Shown: one piece after another, positions 8,453 to 18,791 of the stretch
Numbering within the stretch: position 1 is the first letter of the stretch
How the letters are laid out: each line of letters starts with the position of its first letter
Source of the DNA: Candidatus Latescibacterota bacterium
GTDB taxonomy: Bacteria; Latescibacterota; UBA2968; UBA8231
Direction: 5' to 3'
DNA length: 64,000 nt
NCBI GenBank assembly: GCA_963422735.1
Contig: OY730476.1
Span: 1,280,001-1,344,000, forward strand
The notes under the pieces: model-generated
What the model saw: the letters and a program-made list of their open reading frames with translations, nothing else
What the model was told of the DNA's origin: nothing
Databases searched by the model: none
Position numbers and translations under genes: made by a program

Positions 8453-9790
8453 ATGGCACGAGAAATCGAGGCTTTGCTCGACGAGGAAATCGCTGCTTAC
8501 GCAGCACGCAATCCCCGCTCGTACGCGATGTTTGCGCGAGCCAAGCAATTGCTGCCGGGCGGCAACACCCGCACCGGTGTCCACATTGATCCTTTTCCCC
8601 TATACGCCGACCGCGGCAAGGGGGCCTATCTCTACGACATCGACGGCCATCGCCTAATCGACTTCGTCAACAACAACACGGCCCTCCCCTTGGGCCACGC
8701 CCATCCCGCCATCGTCACCGCCCTGCAAGAACAAATCGCCCGCGGCACTGGGTTTTCGCGGCCCCTTGCCCTCGAAGTGGAGATGGCCGAAGTGCTCCGC
8801 GCGCGCATGCCCGCGCTGGAAAAAGTGCGCTTTTGCTCCTCGGGCACCGAGGCCGTGCTCAATGCCCTGCGCGTGGCGCGGGCGCATACCGGGCGCACTA
8901 AGGTCGCCAAGTTCGAGGGGGCCTATCACGGGATAGACGACAGCGCACTGGTGAGTTACTTGCCCCCGCTGGGGCCGGAACTGGGTCCGGCCAGCAAGCC
9001 GCAGGGCGTGGCCTCTTCGGCCGGGCTGATGGCCCATACCCTCGACGAGGTGGTTGTGCTGCCGTTCAACGACGCGGCAGCTTGCGCCGAGATTATCGGC
9101 GACTACGCTCAAGAGCTAGCAGCCGTGATCGTAGATCCGCTCTCCACGGCCGCCGGGCTGGCACTGCCAGAGGCCGGTTTTTTGCCGAGCCTGCGCCACG
9201 CGACCACCCGCGCCGGTGCCCTGTTGGTCTTCGACGAAATCGTCAGCTTCCGCTTCGGCCCGGGCGGGACGCACACGGCCTACCAAGTGCGGCCCGATCT
9301 GGTCTGTTTGGGCAAGGTAATCGCCGGTGGGACGCCCGGCGCAGCTTTCGGCGGCCGCGCCGACGCCATGGACCTGTACGACCCAGCCGACGGGCCGCAG
9401 ATCCAACAGTCTGGAACCTTCAACGCCAATCCCATCGCCCTAGCCGCTGGCTTGCAGACCCTCCAAGCACTAACCCCAGAGGCTTACGAGCATATGGAAG
9501 GGCTAGCGCGGCGGGCAACTAAGGGATTACAGGCCGCGTTTGGCGAAGCTGGGGTCGCCGTACAGGGGGTCGTGGCCGGATCCATATTCCGGCTGTATTT
9601 CCTCAAACAGCCGCCGAGCAATTTCCGCGAAGCAGCGCAGGACGACGCGCAGAGGCACCGCTGGTTGTTCTTCGCCCTGCTCAACAAAGGGCTGTACACG
9701 CGAATGGGCGGCAACGTGTCGCTGGCGACCGAGACTCACCACATCGACGCGCTGGTGCAGGGGGTGCGCGAGGTGGTACAAGTGCTGTAA
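8453..9790 (+). CDS. Class III PLP aminotransferase (glutamate-1-semialdehyde aminomutase-like)
   Basis: PGGNTR, LGHAHP, RFCSSGTEA, KFEGAYHG, FDEIVSFR, LGKVIAGG, SGTFNANP. Confidence 0.9.
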   Translation: MAREIEALLDEEIAAYAARNPRSYAMFARAKQLLPGGNTRTGVHIDPFPLYADRGKGAYLYDIDGHRLIDFVNNNTALPLGHAHPAIVTALQEQIARGTGFSRPLALEVEMAEVLRARMPALEKVRFCSSGTEAVLNALRVARAHTGRTKVAKFEGAYHGIDDSALVSYLPPLGPELGPASKPQGVASSAGLMAHTLDEVVVLPFNDAAACAEIIGDYAQELAAVIVDPLSTAAGLALPEAGFLPSLRHATTRAGALLVFDEIVSFRFGPGGTHTAYQVRPDLVCLGKVIAGGTPGAAFGGRADAMDLYDPADGPQIQQSGTFNANPIALAAGLQTLQALTPEAYEHMEGLARRATKGLQAAFGEAGVAVQGVVAGSIFRLYFLKQPPSNFREAAQDDAQRHRWLFFALLNKGLYTRMGGNVSLATETHHIDALVQGVREVVQVL

Positions 9791-9798
9791 CGTCTTGC

Positions 9799-10155
9799 AT
9801 GGCGGCTAGCGCCTGGAGGTGTTCACTTCTTTGGAGCCTGTCCCTGAGCATGGTTTGCTGCGGCGGTGGGGGCCGCCGGCCCCCACCAGCAGAGCCGTCG
9901 GCCACGACTACGGCGACAGCCCTCTACACCCACTATTGTGCCGACTGCCACGGTCCCGCCATGGACGGGGGCATGGCCAGCAGCCTGATTGACGGCCGCT
10001 GGGATTACGGTGCAAGCGACGCGGCCATCGTCGCAAGCATTGCCCTGGGAATTCCCGAGGACGGCATGCCTGGGTTTGGCGCAGTGATGGCAGCGGCTGA
10101 AATCGACGCGCTGGTCGCCCTAATGCGGGCGGCAGAGCGCACACAATCCCATTAA
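9799..10155 (+). CDS. Monoheme cytochrome c (probable lipoprotein)
   Basis: CADCH heme motif, distal MPGF methionine, signal-like N-terminus. Confidence 0.85.
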   Translation: MAASAWRCSLLWSLSLSMVCCGGGGRRPPPAEPSATTTATALYTHYCADCHGPAMDGGMASSLIDGRWDYGASDAAIVASIALGIPEDGMPGFGAVMAAAEIDALVALMRAAERTQSH

Positions 10156-10238
10156 TCTTCACCGCCTCCTAGGGCCTTGCCACCGCCGATGTGGACATGG
10201 GGCGGGGATAGCTATCTAAAAAGGTTTTAAGAAAAGAC

Positions 10239-11366
10239 ATGCGATACAGCGTCTATCTAGTTTGCATTCTCGTTGCCGCAGGGGAGGCGGCGGCCCAACA
10301 GCTCGTCCGATCCGAAGAACACACGTTTCGCGTCGAGACCTTCGCTACCGGCTTGGGCGTGCCGTGGGGTCTCGCTTTTCTGCCCGATGGACGCCTGTTA
10401 GTCACCGAGCGCGAGGGGCGGCTGCGCATCGTCGGCACAGACGGCGCGGTTTCGCCACCCATCGACGGTGTACCCAAGGCGCACGCCAAGGGGCAGGGGG
10501 GGCTGATGGACGTGGCCTTGCACCCTCAGTACGCAGAGACCGGCTGGATTTACCTCAGTTACTCGGATCCACTGCCCGGGCCGTTGGGTGGCATGTTGAG
10601 CTATACGGCCATCAGCCGCGGGCACCTGCAAGACGATGGGTTGGTCGATGTGGAAGTGGTGTATCGCGTCCCGGAGCAATTCTACACTCGACACTCCCAC
10701 CACTACGGCTCGCGCATCGTCTTCGACCGCGAGGGCTACCTGTACTTTGCCATCGGCGACCGCGGCCAGCGGCCCCTCGCCCAGAATGTGACGCTGCCCA
10801 ACGGCAAGATCCACCGCTTGCGCGCCAACGGCGGCGTCCCGTCCGACAACCCTTTCGTTGGGAGCAACGGGGCCATTGCGTCTATTTGGTCCTACGGGCA
10901 CCGCAACCCCCAGGGGATGGCCATGCACCCGGAGACCGGCCAACTGTGGGCAGCCGAGCACGGCCCCAAGGGCGGCGACGAACTCAACCACGTGCGCCGC
11001 AGCCTAAACTACGGCTGGCCGGTCATTACCTACGGCATCAACTACAACGGCACGCCCATCACCGACCAAACCCACTCTGAGGGCATGGAGCAGCCGCAGA
11101 CCTATTGGGTGCCGTCGATAGCGGTCTGCGGCATTGACTTTTACACCGGGGAACGCTTCGGCAACTGGCAAAACGACCTGCTGGTAACCTCGCTGCGCTT
11201 TAACCGCCTGCACCGGCTGCGATTGGCGGGCACAGAAGTGGTACACGAGGAGATCGTTTACCAAGGCGAGTCGCGGATGCGCGACGTGCAGACCGGGCCG
11301 GACGGTGCGATCTATCTCGCAGTGGAAGACCCAGGGCGGATTTTGCGGCTAGTGCCGATGGAATAG
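10239..11366 (+). CDS. PQQ-dependent soluble aldose sugar dehydrogenase (YliI/GSDH family)
   Basis: PWGLAFLPDG, GQGGLMDV, HYGSRI, SYGHRNPQG, EHGPKGGDELN, NYGWP. Confidence 0.92.
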   Translation: MRYSVYLVCILVAAGEAAAQQLVRSEEHTFRVETFATGLGVPWGLAFLPDGRLLVTEREGRLRIVGTDGAVSPPIDGVPKAHAKGQGGLMDVALHPQYAETGWIYLSYSDPLPGPLGGMLSYTAISRGHLQDDGLVDVEVVYRVPEQFYTRHSHHYGSRIVFDREGYLYFAIGDRGQRPLAQNVTLPNGKIHRLRANGGVPSDNPFVGSNGAIASIWSYGHRNPQGMAMHPETGQLWAAEHGPKGGDELNHVRRSLNYGWPVITYGINYNGTPITDQTHSEGMEQPQTYWVPSIAVCGIDFYTGERFGNWQNDLLVTSLRFNRLHRLRLAGTEVVHEEIVYQGESRMRDVQTGPDGAIYLAVEDPGRILRLVPME

Positions 11367-11440
11367 GGCGATAGGAGACGGAGACAGTCCCCTCGCAGCG
11401 TATTACAGTCCTTTAGCATCTATAGGCAAGGACGAGATAG

Positions 11441-12274
11441 ATGCACCACATCCAAATTATCGAGCAAGTTTACAACGCACTCTCTGCGAAGATTACCCAA
11501 GGCGAAATCCCAATTTCTCTTCGCGCACCTGCCTTAGTCGGCACAGTCCAAGACGATCCATTTGACTGCTGGGTTGCAGATATGGCTTCCAGATGTCGAA
11601 GTGTTTCACTCAGGGAAACTGACTACCCCGGATCTCGTGCTGAGATACCAAGCGACCAACTCACTGCTCGGTCTCGAGGTCAAAAAGCTCATCTAAAAGG
11701 AGGATGGCAAAGACTCCCGAGGTCTTACCATCGACTACAATAGCTGTCTTCCCTGTGGGAAAGCCCTTGTGAAGGTCAGAGAGAACACGGTCGAGGTGCC
11801 TTGTTTTTATCTTTTTGCACTCCTCAGTCCCAATAGTTCTTCAATGGTCACAACAATTCTGATGGACGGTGACTTCCTCAACCATGACTTTGAACTCCAC
11901 AAGGATGCAAAATATGCAAATCAAAGCGAGTATGGCCACGGCCCTTGCTAAGAAGGTTCCGTCCGTCACCGCAGGATGTACACCTACCTCAATCCTCTCA
12001 ACTATAAGCTGAGCTTTTTCACTTGCGGCATATCCTTATTGTCAAACAGCATGAACTGGCATCCTTTGCTACGCGATGGGCACGTTGTACGGACTTAATT
12101 ATCCGCGGCGATAAGCATCAAAACTCTTTTTATTATATCGTGATAGACGGTAGGAGCAAAAAGGAACTCCCTTTTCCACTGGAGAAACTCCCCGTACGTC
12201 AAGATATTTTCAAAGCGTGCAAAGAACGTAAGCCAAAAGAGCGCACTGCCTCCATGCCGCAGCTCCCGGAGTGA
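11441..12274 (+). pseudogene. Disrupted PD-(D/E)xK restriction-endonuclease-like gene
   Basis: Frameshift near 11585 and in-frame TAA at 11694 and 11949; joined frames read QDDPFD...TTPDLVL...GLEVKK...DYNS; ends 3 nt before a DNA methylase. Confidence 0.75.
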
Positions 12275-12277
12275 AGG

Positions 12278-14452
12278 ATGCCCCGACTCATAGAGAACGA
12301 TTTTCCGTATGCTTGCCTTTCTGTGATTGCAGAGGCCGAATCGTGGAGAAAAGAGGTCCACCGTCCGGTCTATTATATCCACAAGTGGTGGGCGCGTAGA
12401 TTGGGATCCGTTTTTCGGGGTATTTTGCTAGGCGCATGTCTCGACGAAGGAGAGGACTTCTGGAAACGTTTTTATGGGAAGAACGATTTTTCTAAAACTG
12501 TAATTTTTGACCCTTTCATGGGGAGCGGAGTTACCATAGGAGAAGCGATTAAGCTTGGTTGTACCGCTTTAGGCCAAGATATCAATCCAGTCGCGTATCT
12601 CGCATGTCTCGCTGCCTTCACTAAGTACGATCCGTCCGAAGTCGTCGCTACATATCAACTCCTTGAGCACACGGTCGGCCCCAAACTACTGAACTACTTC
12701 GAGACGCGTACAGAAGAAGATAGTAGGGCAACTGTACTGTACTACTTCCTCGTCAAGGTCGTGCCATGTCCACAATGCGGTGAACAGATCGATCTCTTCA
12801 AGTCTCGCATTTTCTCAAAGAACGCCGTCCCGCGCAAAGATTCTAGTGCTCGCGCCCTCTGCCCTAGTTGCGGTGCCGTTAACGCGACGCTCTACAATGC
12901 CGATTACGTGAAATGCTCGGATTGTGGCACGACGTACAACCCACAACAAGGCAACGTCAGAGGATCGAAAGTCGAATGCGACAAATGCGGCTATACATTC
13001 CGCCTTGTTGAGCGGATGAAATCAATGCGTGGTCCTCTTGGTTATCGCCGGTACGCCAAGATGATCCTCACCACGGATGGGCAAAAACGATATGCTTCTA
13101 TAAATGCTTTTGATGACGCCCTTGCAGGACACATCGCACAAGAGTTCACTTCCATCAGCTCCTCCTTCCCTCAGATTGAAATCGCGCCGGGTTACAATAC
13201 AAATCAGATTTTGAACCACAACTATCGCTTCTGGCACGAGCTGTTTTCCGATAGGCAACTCCTTTGCATCCACCACCTGCGGGAGGCCATTCGTCAGATC
13301 GACCACGCCGATCATAGGCTCCTCTTTGCCTGCCTGTTCTCTGGAGTGCTTGAGTTCAACAATCTCTTTGCATCTTTCAAGGGGGAGGGAACAGGGGCCG
13401 TTCGGCACATGTTTTCACACCATGTCCTCAAGCCCGAAGTGATGCCAATTGAAGCAAATGTCTGGGGTACGAGTAAGTCGTCTGGATCGTTTTCCACCTT
13501 GTTCCGCTCTCGAATCCTAAATGCGCTTGCCTACAAGGCTGATCCAACGGAGCTCTACGTGACACCGGGGAAGAGCACTAAAGTTGGAGGAATTAATCGG
13601 CCTCTCTCCGTTCCGGTGTCCAACGAGCTTGCCTTGAATGGGAACGATGCGGTTTACCTTACTCAAGGCGACTCCAGTCGTACCAGTATTCCAGACCGCA
13701 GTGTGGACATCGTTGTAACCGATCCCCCATTCTTCGATAATGTTCACTACTCCCAGCTCGCCGATTTTTTCTTTTACTGGCTGAACCAGCTTTTGGATTT
13801 CTCCAAAGCCGAAACGACGAAACGGGAAGACGAAGTCCAAGATACGAGTTCTGTTCTCTTCGCCAAAAAACTGACATCCGTGTTTGCCGAATGCCACCGC
13901 GTTCTCAAGCATACTGGGCTCCTCGTATTCTCCTATCACCATGCTCGACACGAAGGGTGGACATGTATCCACAGAGCTATCCGATATGCCGGATTCTCGT
14001 GCAAACAAGCTTATCCGATTAAGGCTGAGATGTCCGTTTCCACGCCTCTGAGACAGGCAAAGACGCCGATACATTTGGACTTGATACTCATCTGTGGCAA
14101 GGAAGAGAACCGTGATGCCCATCACGTCGCTAACGTCGACATTACTCATGTTCTCCGCAGTGCAGAGGACCAAATTTGCGCCCTCAAATCGGCTGATATA
14201 CCCGTCTCACTCGGAGATGCGAAGGTGATTCTTATGGGACGCTTCCTATGCGAAGCTCACCGCCTGTGGAACCTAGACAAGGAAGAGACATTCCTTGCCG
14301 ATATTGAAGGACATATTGACGACTACGTAGCTGACGTTATCAAAGTCCAAGGAGAGGTTCTATACACACAAGATCCCTCTGAGCAATTGGTCCTTTTTGA
14401 AGAGATGGCCAAGTATTTGGCCAATAGGGGAGAGTTCGGAGCACGGCGGTAA
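12278..14452 (+). CDS. Amino-DNA methyltransferase with Zn-ribbon insert (DUF1156-like)
   Basis: IHKWWARR, motif I DPFMGSG, four CxxC pairs, motif IV TDPPF; lower GC than flanks. Confidence 0.9.
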   Translation: MPRLIENDFPYACLSVIAEAESWRKEVHRPVYYIHKWWARRLGSVFRGILLGACLDEGEDFWKRFYGKNDFSKTVIFDPFMGSGVTIGEAIKLGCTALGQDINPVAYLACLAAFTKYDPSEVVATYQLLEHTVGPKLLNYFETRTEEDSRATVLYYFLVKVVPCPQCGEQIDLFKSRIFSKNAVPRKDSSARALCPSCGAVNATLYNADYVKCSDCGTTYNPQQGNVRGSKVECDKCGYTFRLVERMKSMRGPLGYRRYAKMILTTDGQKRYASINAFDDALAGHIAQEFTSISSSFPQIEIAPGYNTNQILNHNYRFWHELFSDRQLLCIHHLREAIRQIDHADHRLLFACLFSGVLEFNNLFASFKGEGTGAVRHMFSHHVLKPEVMPIEANVWGTSKSSGSFSTLFRSRILNALAYKADPTELYVTPGKSTKVGGINRPLSVPVSNELALNGNDAVYLTQGDSSRTSIPDRSVDIVVTDPPFFDNVHYSQLADFFFYWLNQLLDFSKAETTKREDEVQDTSSVLFAKKLTSVFAECHRVLKHTGLLVFSYHHARHEGWTCIHRAIRYAGFSCKQAYPIKAEMSVSTPLRQAKTPIHLDLILICGKEENRDAHHVANVDITHVLRSAEDQICALKSADIPVSLGDAKVILMGRFLCEAHRLWNLDKEETFLADIEGHIDDYVADVIKVQGEVLYTQDPSEQLVLFEEMAKYLANRGEFGARR

Positions 14453-14506
14453 ATCGCGGTCTCAATTTTAGCACTACGCGATAAAGCTCCGTTTTATTCG
14501 CCTATT
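14423..14506. repeat. Long imperfect inverted repeat at the right edge of the RM island
   Basis: Nested arms AATAGG/CCTATT, CGGAGC/GCTCCG, ATCGCG/CGCGAT. Confidence 0.6.
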
Positions 14507-14557
14507 CACAGTAGTATGCTGCCGAGCAATATGCAACAGACATAAGGAGATCGCCAC

Positions 14558-16462
14558 ATGGCCGACGATTTTTACGACGACATAGTAGTAGAAAAAGACG
14601 CAATGGTCCCCATGCGCGACGGCGTCTGCTTGGCGACCGACCTGTACCTTCCCGCCCGAGATGCCCAACCCCTACCCGGCAAGTTCCCCGCTGTCTTTCA
14701 CCGCACCCCGTACGACAAAAGCGACGTGGAGCGCAACGGCAACTACGGCCGGTTTTTCGCGCAGCGCGGGTACGTGGCTGTCCATCAGGACTGCCGGGGA
14801 ACGTTCCAGTCCGAGGGCGAGGTGAACTTCCTCCTGCCCGAGGCCGAAGACGGGTACGATGCCTTGCAGTGGATCGACCAACAGCCGTGGAGCAATGGCA
14901 AAGTGGGGTCGTGGGGAACCTCGTGGTCGGGCTGGACGCAGACGGCGATGGCGGCGTTGGGGCCGACCAACCTCAAGGCCATGGTGGTCAACATGAGCGG
15001 TGCCGACGCGCATGAGTCTTCAGTGCGGCACGGCGGTGCGCTGGAGTTGCGGTTTTTGGCATGGGCGTTTTGGCATTCAGCCGCCAATACGCAGCGCGCG
15101 TTAAAAGCCGATCCAGCGGTTGATGCGGCCCTGAACTTGGGTGCGCCAGCCTTTGCCGACTGGCTCGCGCGGATGCCGATCCGCAAAGGACAGACCCAAC
15201 TCAAATTGGTGCCACCCTACCAGAGGTGGGCGCTGGACCTGCTGACGAAGGCCGACTACGACGAGTATTGGCAGCACCCTAGTTACGCACCAGCGCTTTT
15301 TTGGGACGACTTCCCGGACGTGCCGATCTTGCTCATTGGAGGTTGGTACGATTCGTACACGCGCTCGACGGGCAAAAACTACGCGGGACTGGCGGCGCAC
15401 AAACAAGGACCGGTGCGGATGCTCATGGGGCCGTGGACGCACGGGACGCAAACACTGGAGCAGAGCTTTGCCGGCGATGTGGAGTTCGACGAGGACGCGG
15501 CGCTAGACGACTTCCGCGACCTGCATCTGCGCTACTTCGATTGGGCACTCAAGGGAGCAGAAAACGGCGAAGCGAGCGCACCGCCGGTGCGGATCTTCAC
15601 CATGGGTGGCGGCGGGGGCTATCGCACCAGCAGCGGCCGGCTTTTCCACGGCGGGCATTGGCGCGACGAGGCCGAGTGGCCGTTGGCGCGGACGCAATAT
15701 ACCAAGTACTACCTGCACGGCGACGGCACCTTGTCGCTGGAAGAGCCAGCCGCAGATGGCGGCGATACAGTCTATCGCTTCGATCCGGCCAATCCGGTGC
15801 CCTCCATTGGCGGCAATGTCTCGTCGCTTTCCGAGATCGGCCCGCTGCCGCCGGGCGTGGGCACTGCGGCCAATGCGCCGTGGCGGGCGCGGGTAGAGCA
15901 ATTAATGGCACCGGGCGGGTTCGATCAGGTAGAGGGACCGGAGTTTTACGGCTGTACGCCGCCCTATCTACCGCTAGGCTCGCGGCCGGATGTGTTGGTC
16001 TTTGCCACTGAACTGCTTGCCGAGGACGTGGAGGTGACCGGGCCGATTGAGGTGAAGTTGTGGGTCTCGTCGTCAGCACCGGATACGGACTTTACCGCCA
16101 AGCTGATCGATTGCTATCCACCGAGTCGCTGGTATCCGCATGGCTACGCGCTCAACCTGACCGACAGCATCGCACGCCTGCGCTACCGCAACGGGCGCGA
16201 AAAGGGCGAGCTGCTAGTGCCGGGCGAGGTCGCCGAACTGACGATTACCCTCTATCCGACGAGCAATGTGTTTGCCGCCGGGCATCAGCTCCGCCTCGAC
16301 ATTTCCAGCTCGAACTTTCCCCGCTTTGATGTCAATCCCAACACCGGCGACCCCATCGGCCAAGAGCGACGACGCCAGGGAGCGGACAACAGAATTCACC
16401 ACAATGCGGCGCAGGCGTCGCACGTGGTGTTGCCGATTATTCCAACTAGGAGAAACGCATAA
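14558..16462 (+). CDS. CocE/NonD family serine hydrolase (peptidase S15-like)
   Basis: MRDGVCLATD, RTPYDK, QDCRG..SEG, GTSW nucleophile, GGWYD, GPWTH, SSSNFPRFD.N.NTG. Confidence 0.93.
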   Translation: MADDFYDDIVVEKDAMVPMRDGVCLATDLYLPARDAQPLPGKFPAVFHRTPYDKSDVERNGNYGRFFAQRGYVAVHQDCRGTFQSEGEVNFLLPEAEDGYDALQWIDQQPWSNGKVGSWGTSWSGWTQTAMAALGPTNLKAMVVNMSGADAHESSVRHGGALELRFLAWAFWHSAANTQRALKADPAVDAALNLGAPAFADWLARMPIRKGQTQLKLVPPYQRWALDLLTKADYDEYWQHPSYAPALFWDDFPDVPILLIGGWYDSYTRSTGKNYAGLAAHKQGPVRMLMGPWTHGTQTLEQSFAGDVEFDEDAALDDFRDLHLRYFDWALKGAENGEASAPPVRIFTMGGGGGYRTSSGRLFHGGHWRDEAEWPLARTQYTKYYLHGDGTLSLEEPAADGGDTVYRFDPANPVPSIGGNVSSLSEIGPLPPGVGTAANAPWRARVEQLMAPGGFDQVEGPEFYGCTPPYLPLGSRPDVLVFATELLAEDVEVTGPIEVKLWVSSSAPDTDFTAKLIDCYPPSRWYPHGYALNLTDSIARLRYRNGREKGELLVPGEVAELTITLYPTSNVFAAGHQLRLDISSSNFPRFDVNPNTGDPIGQERRRQGADNRIHHNAAQASHVVLPIIPTRRNA

Positions 16463-17625
16463 TGGAACAGTTGCAGTTGGCCCTCGTAGGCTGTGGAGGC
16501 ATGGCCGGAGCACACGTGCGCGGCTTGCAGGAATTAGCACAAGCTGGAATTGACGATATTCAGGTGGTGGCCTGTTGCGACTTGGTGGAAGCGCAGGCGC
16601 AACAGCGGGCTGGCGAGATCGCCGAATTCCAAGCACACAAGCCAGCCATCTATACCGACGTGGAGAGGATGCTCGCGCACGTGGAAGACTTGGACGCGGT
16701 GGACATCTGCGCCCTGCACTCGCAACACCACATCCTCGCCGTCGCCTGTCTAGAGGCGGGCAAGCACGTGATCATCGAAAAGCCGCTGGCGATTACCCTG
16801 CGCGCTGGCCGCAAAATACTCAATGCGGCCGTGGATAACCGCTGCCAGCTCGCCGTGGCGGAAAACTACCGCCGTTCGCCGCAGGAGCGGGCCCGATCTT
16901 GGGCGGTGGCCAGCGGGCGGATCGGCCAGCCGCGCACCTTCTACTGGCAGGAAGCGGGCTTGCGGCTGGGCAAGTGGGGCTGGCGCAACTTCAAGCGCGA
17001 CGCCGGAGCCGGTTGGATCCTCGATGGGGGCGTACATTTTGCCGATTTGTTCCGCTATCACTTGGGGACTGAGGCGCGGCAGGTGGTGGCGCGAGTACAC
17101 GGCTTTGAGCCGTATCGCTACGACGAGCCGGTCGAGCGCGAGGGGGCTTGGCCGGTGGATGTGGAGGACTGTGCGATGGCACTGATCGACTTCGATGGCG
17201 GTGCCGTGGTGCAGTGGACTTGGCAAGGTTCAGCGCCGGGACAGGACTTCAGCAAGCGCGTCCTCTACGGCAGCGAGGGCTGCATTGACTGGGAGAGCGG
17301 GCTGTGGACGCGCACAGGCGAGAACACAGCCACCGAGGCATTGGTCGAGGCGTATCAAAGCAGCCTCGCAGAGGACGAGCACGAGCGGCTGTTCCCCAAG
17401 GGCGTGGAAAATCCCATCGCAACCGAGCTGAAGGATTTCGCCGATGCGGTACGGGGGCAGGGTACGCCCGAAGTGGATGGCTTGGACGGCTATCGCTCGC
17501 AGGCGATCTGCATGGCGATCTTTGAGTCGGAGTGGTTTGACCGGCCGGTGAGCTTGGCCGAAATCGAGCGCGGCGACTTGGAGGGCTATCAGGCCGAGAT
17601 CGATCAGGCACTGGGGATTGATTAG
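16462..17625 (+). CDS. Gfo/Idh/MocA family oxidoreductase
   Basis: VGCGGMA, HVIIEKPLA, AENYR, DGGVHFAD; translationally coupled (TAATG). Confidence 0.92.
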   Translation: MEQLQLALVGCGGMAGAHVRGLQELAQAGIDDIQVVACCDLVEAQAQQRAGEIAEFQAHKPAIYTDVERMLAHVEDLDAVDICALHSQHHILAVACLEAGKHVIIEKPLAITLRAGRKILNAAVDNRCQLAVAENYRRSPQERARSWAVASGRIGQPRTFYWQEAGLRLGKWGWRNFKRDAGAGWILDGGVHFADLFRYHLGTEARQVVARVHGFEPYRYDEPVEREGAWPVDVEDCAMALIDFDGGAVVQWTWQGSAPGQDFSKRVLYGSEGCIDWESGLWTRTGENTATEALVEAYQSSLAEDEHERLFPKGVENPIATELKDFADAVRGQGTPEVDGLDGYRSQAICMAIFESEWFDRPVSLAEIERGDLEGYQAEIDQALGID

Positions 17626-17629
17626 GAGG

Positions 17630-18200
17630 CGAATTCTTTCTTTAAGACGGCTAGGACTCCCCAGCACTCGCCGCAACTCCAGTAGCCTGCTGGCGGTGCC
17701 CATCGGCGTTAAGTGAGCAGAGCGCGGAATCCGTTGCCGCTCTTGCAGCATACCTCCGCGCTGTTCTAAGTCCTGAATGGCGAGTGGTCGTTGGCCAAGC
17801 GCGTGGAACAACTCCGGTTCAAGCTGCACGAGGGCCGGAAGATCTTCGCCCAATCGTAGTGCCGACGTACACGGCGACTTTTCCACCCGCGATAAATCCT
17901 AGATCGTTTCCTTCCCACGCGAACTGCACTCCTTCGGGTACGCTCTCTGGGAGAAGCGGCGACACTGCACCGCAGGGTCTAACGAGGACGGACGAGTCGA
18001 TCTAGCACAGGCGACCTTGCAACCGATCTCTTCAGATGCCTCTCTGCACAGGGCATCCTCAATGGTCTCGCCTTTCTCGACAGTGCCACCGATACAGCCC
18101 AGAATCCCTCTCGCTGACGCCTCCATTTCGCCGGCTTCTGGAGTTCAAAGAGAAATCTATTTTCGACTCTTAAAAGGATTGCAACGCCAATGACCAAGTG
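17630..18200 (-). pseudogene. Frameshifted NUDIX hydrolase
   Basis: Nudix box GGTVEKGETIEDALCREASEEIG in ORF 17899-18126; the N- and C-terminal parts lie in other frames. Ends are approximate. Confidence 0.7.
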
Positions 18201-18224
18201 AAGTTTCCACTTTCTGATGGTGTT

Positions 18225-18762
18225 GTTAGGCGCACAAAACCACCAATTAGGCGACGAATTTATGATATGTGCCATCTTGGAATAGCCCTCACTTCTTGGA
18301 TGAGAGCCGTCGTTTTTCGACACTTCCCGTCTATAAGCGCCGTCCGCGCAAAGCGCAGAAAAGAGATCGATGTATGGGACTTCGCGGGAAAAAGCAAACG
18401 AGAGGTCTTCGATTCTTTTATTTTGTTCGTCGTCGAGGACCGGTGGCGGGCCAATCATCAGCACGGTGTATTGCTCGGCTCCGCGCAGAGATTCCGCGAA
18501 ACTGACGCGAAGTATCATTGACGCCACATGAGCAGACTATGCGACTATCGCAGGAATCGGGCAGCAGCCGGGTGCATTCGTCCTCCCAGCGCAACAGAAT
18601 TCTTTGCCCGTATTGCGCCGAATACCAAGGTTGTAAGGTAACGGGTATAGTACTCGCATTGGGCATAGCACCTAGACGCCCGGCCCACCCAAAAGCCGCC
18701 TCGTCACCGGTGCCATTAACCAATGAATCGCCAATAGAGCAGATTCTTATGTCCTGTGTCAT
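18225..18762 (-). pseudogene. Frameshifted GDSL/SGNH hydrolase
   Basis: IGDSLVNG, GWAGRL, GVND and DGSHP blocks split over several frames. Confidence 0.8.
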
Positions 18763-18791
18763 TTCGTTATCGGGCTGTACCCTCTTGAATT

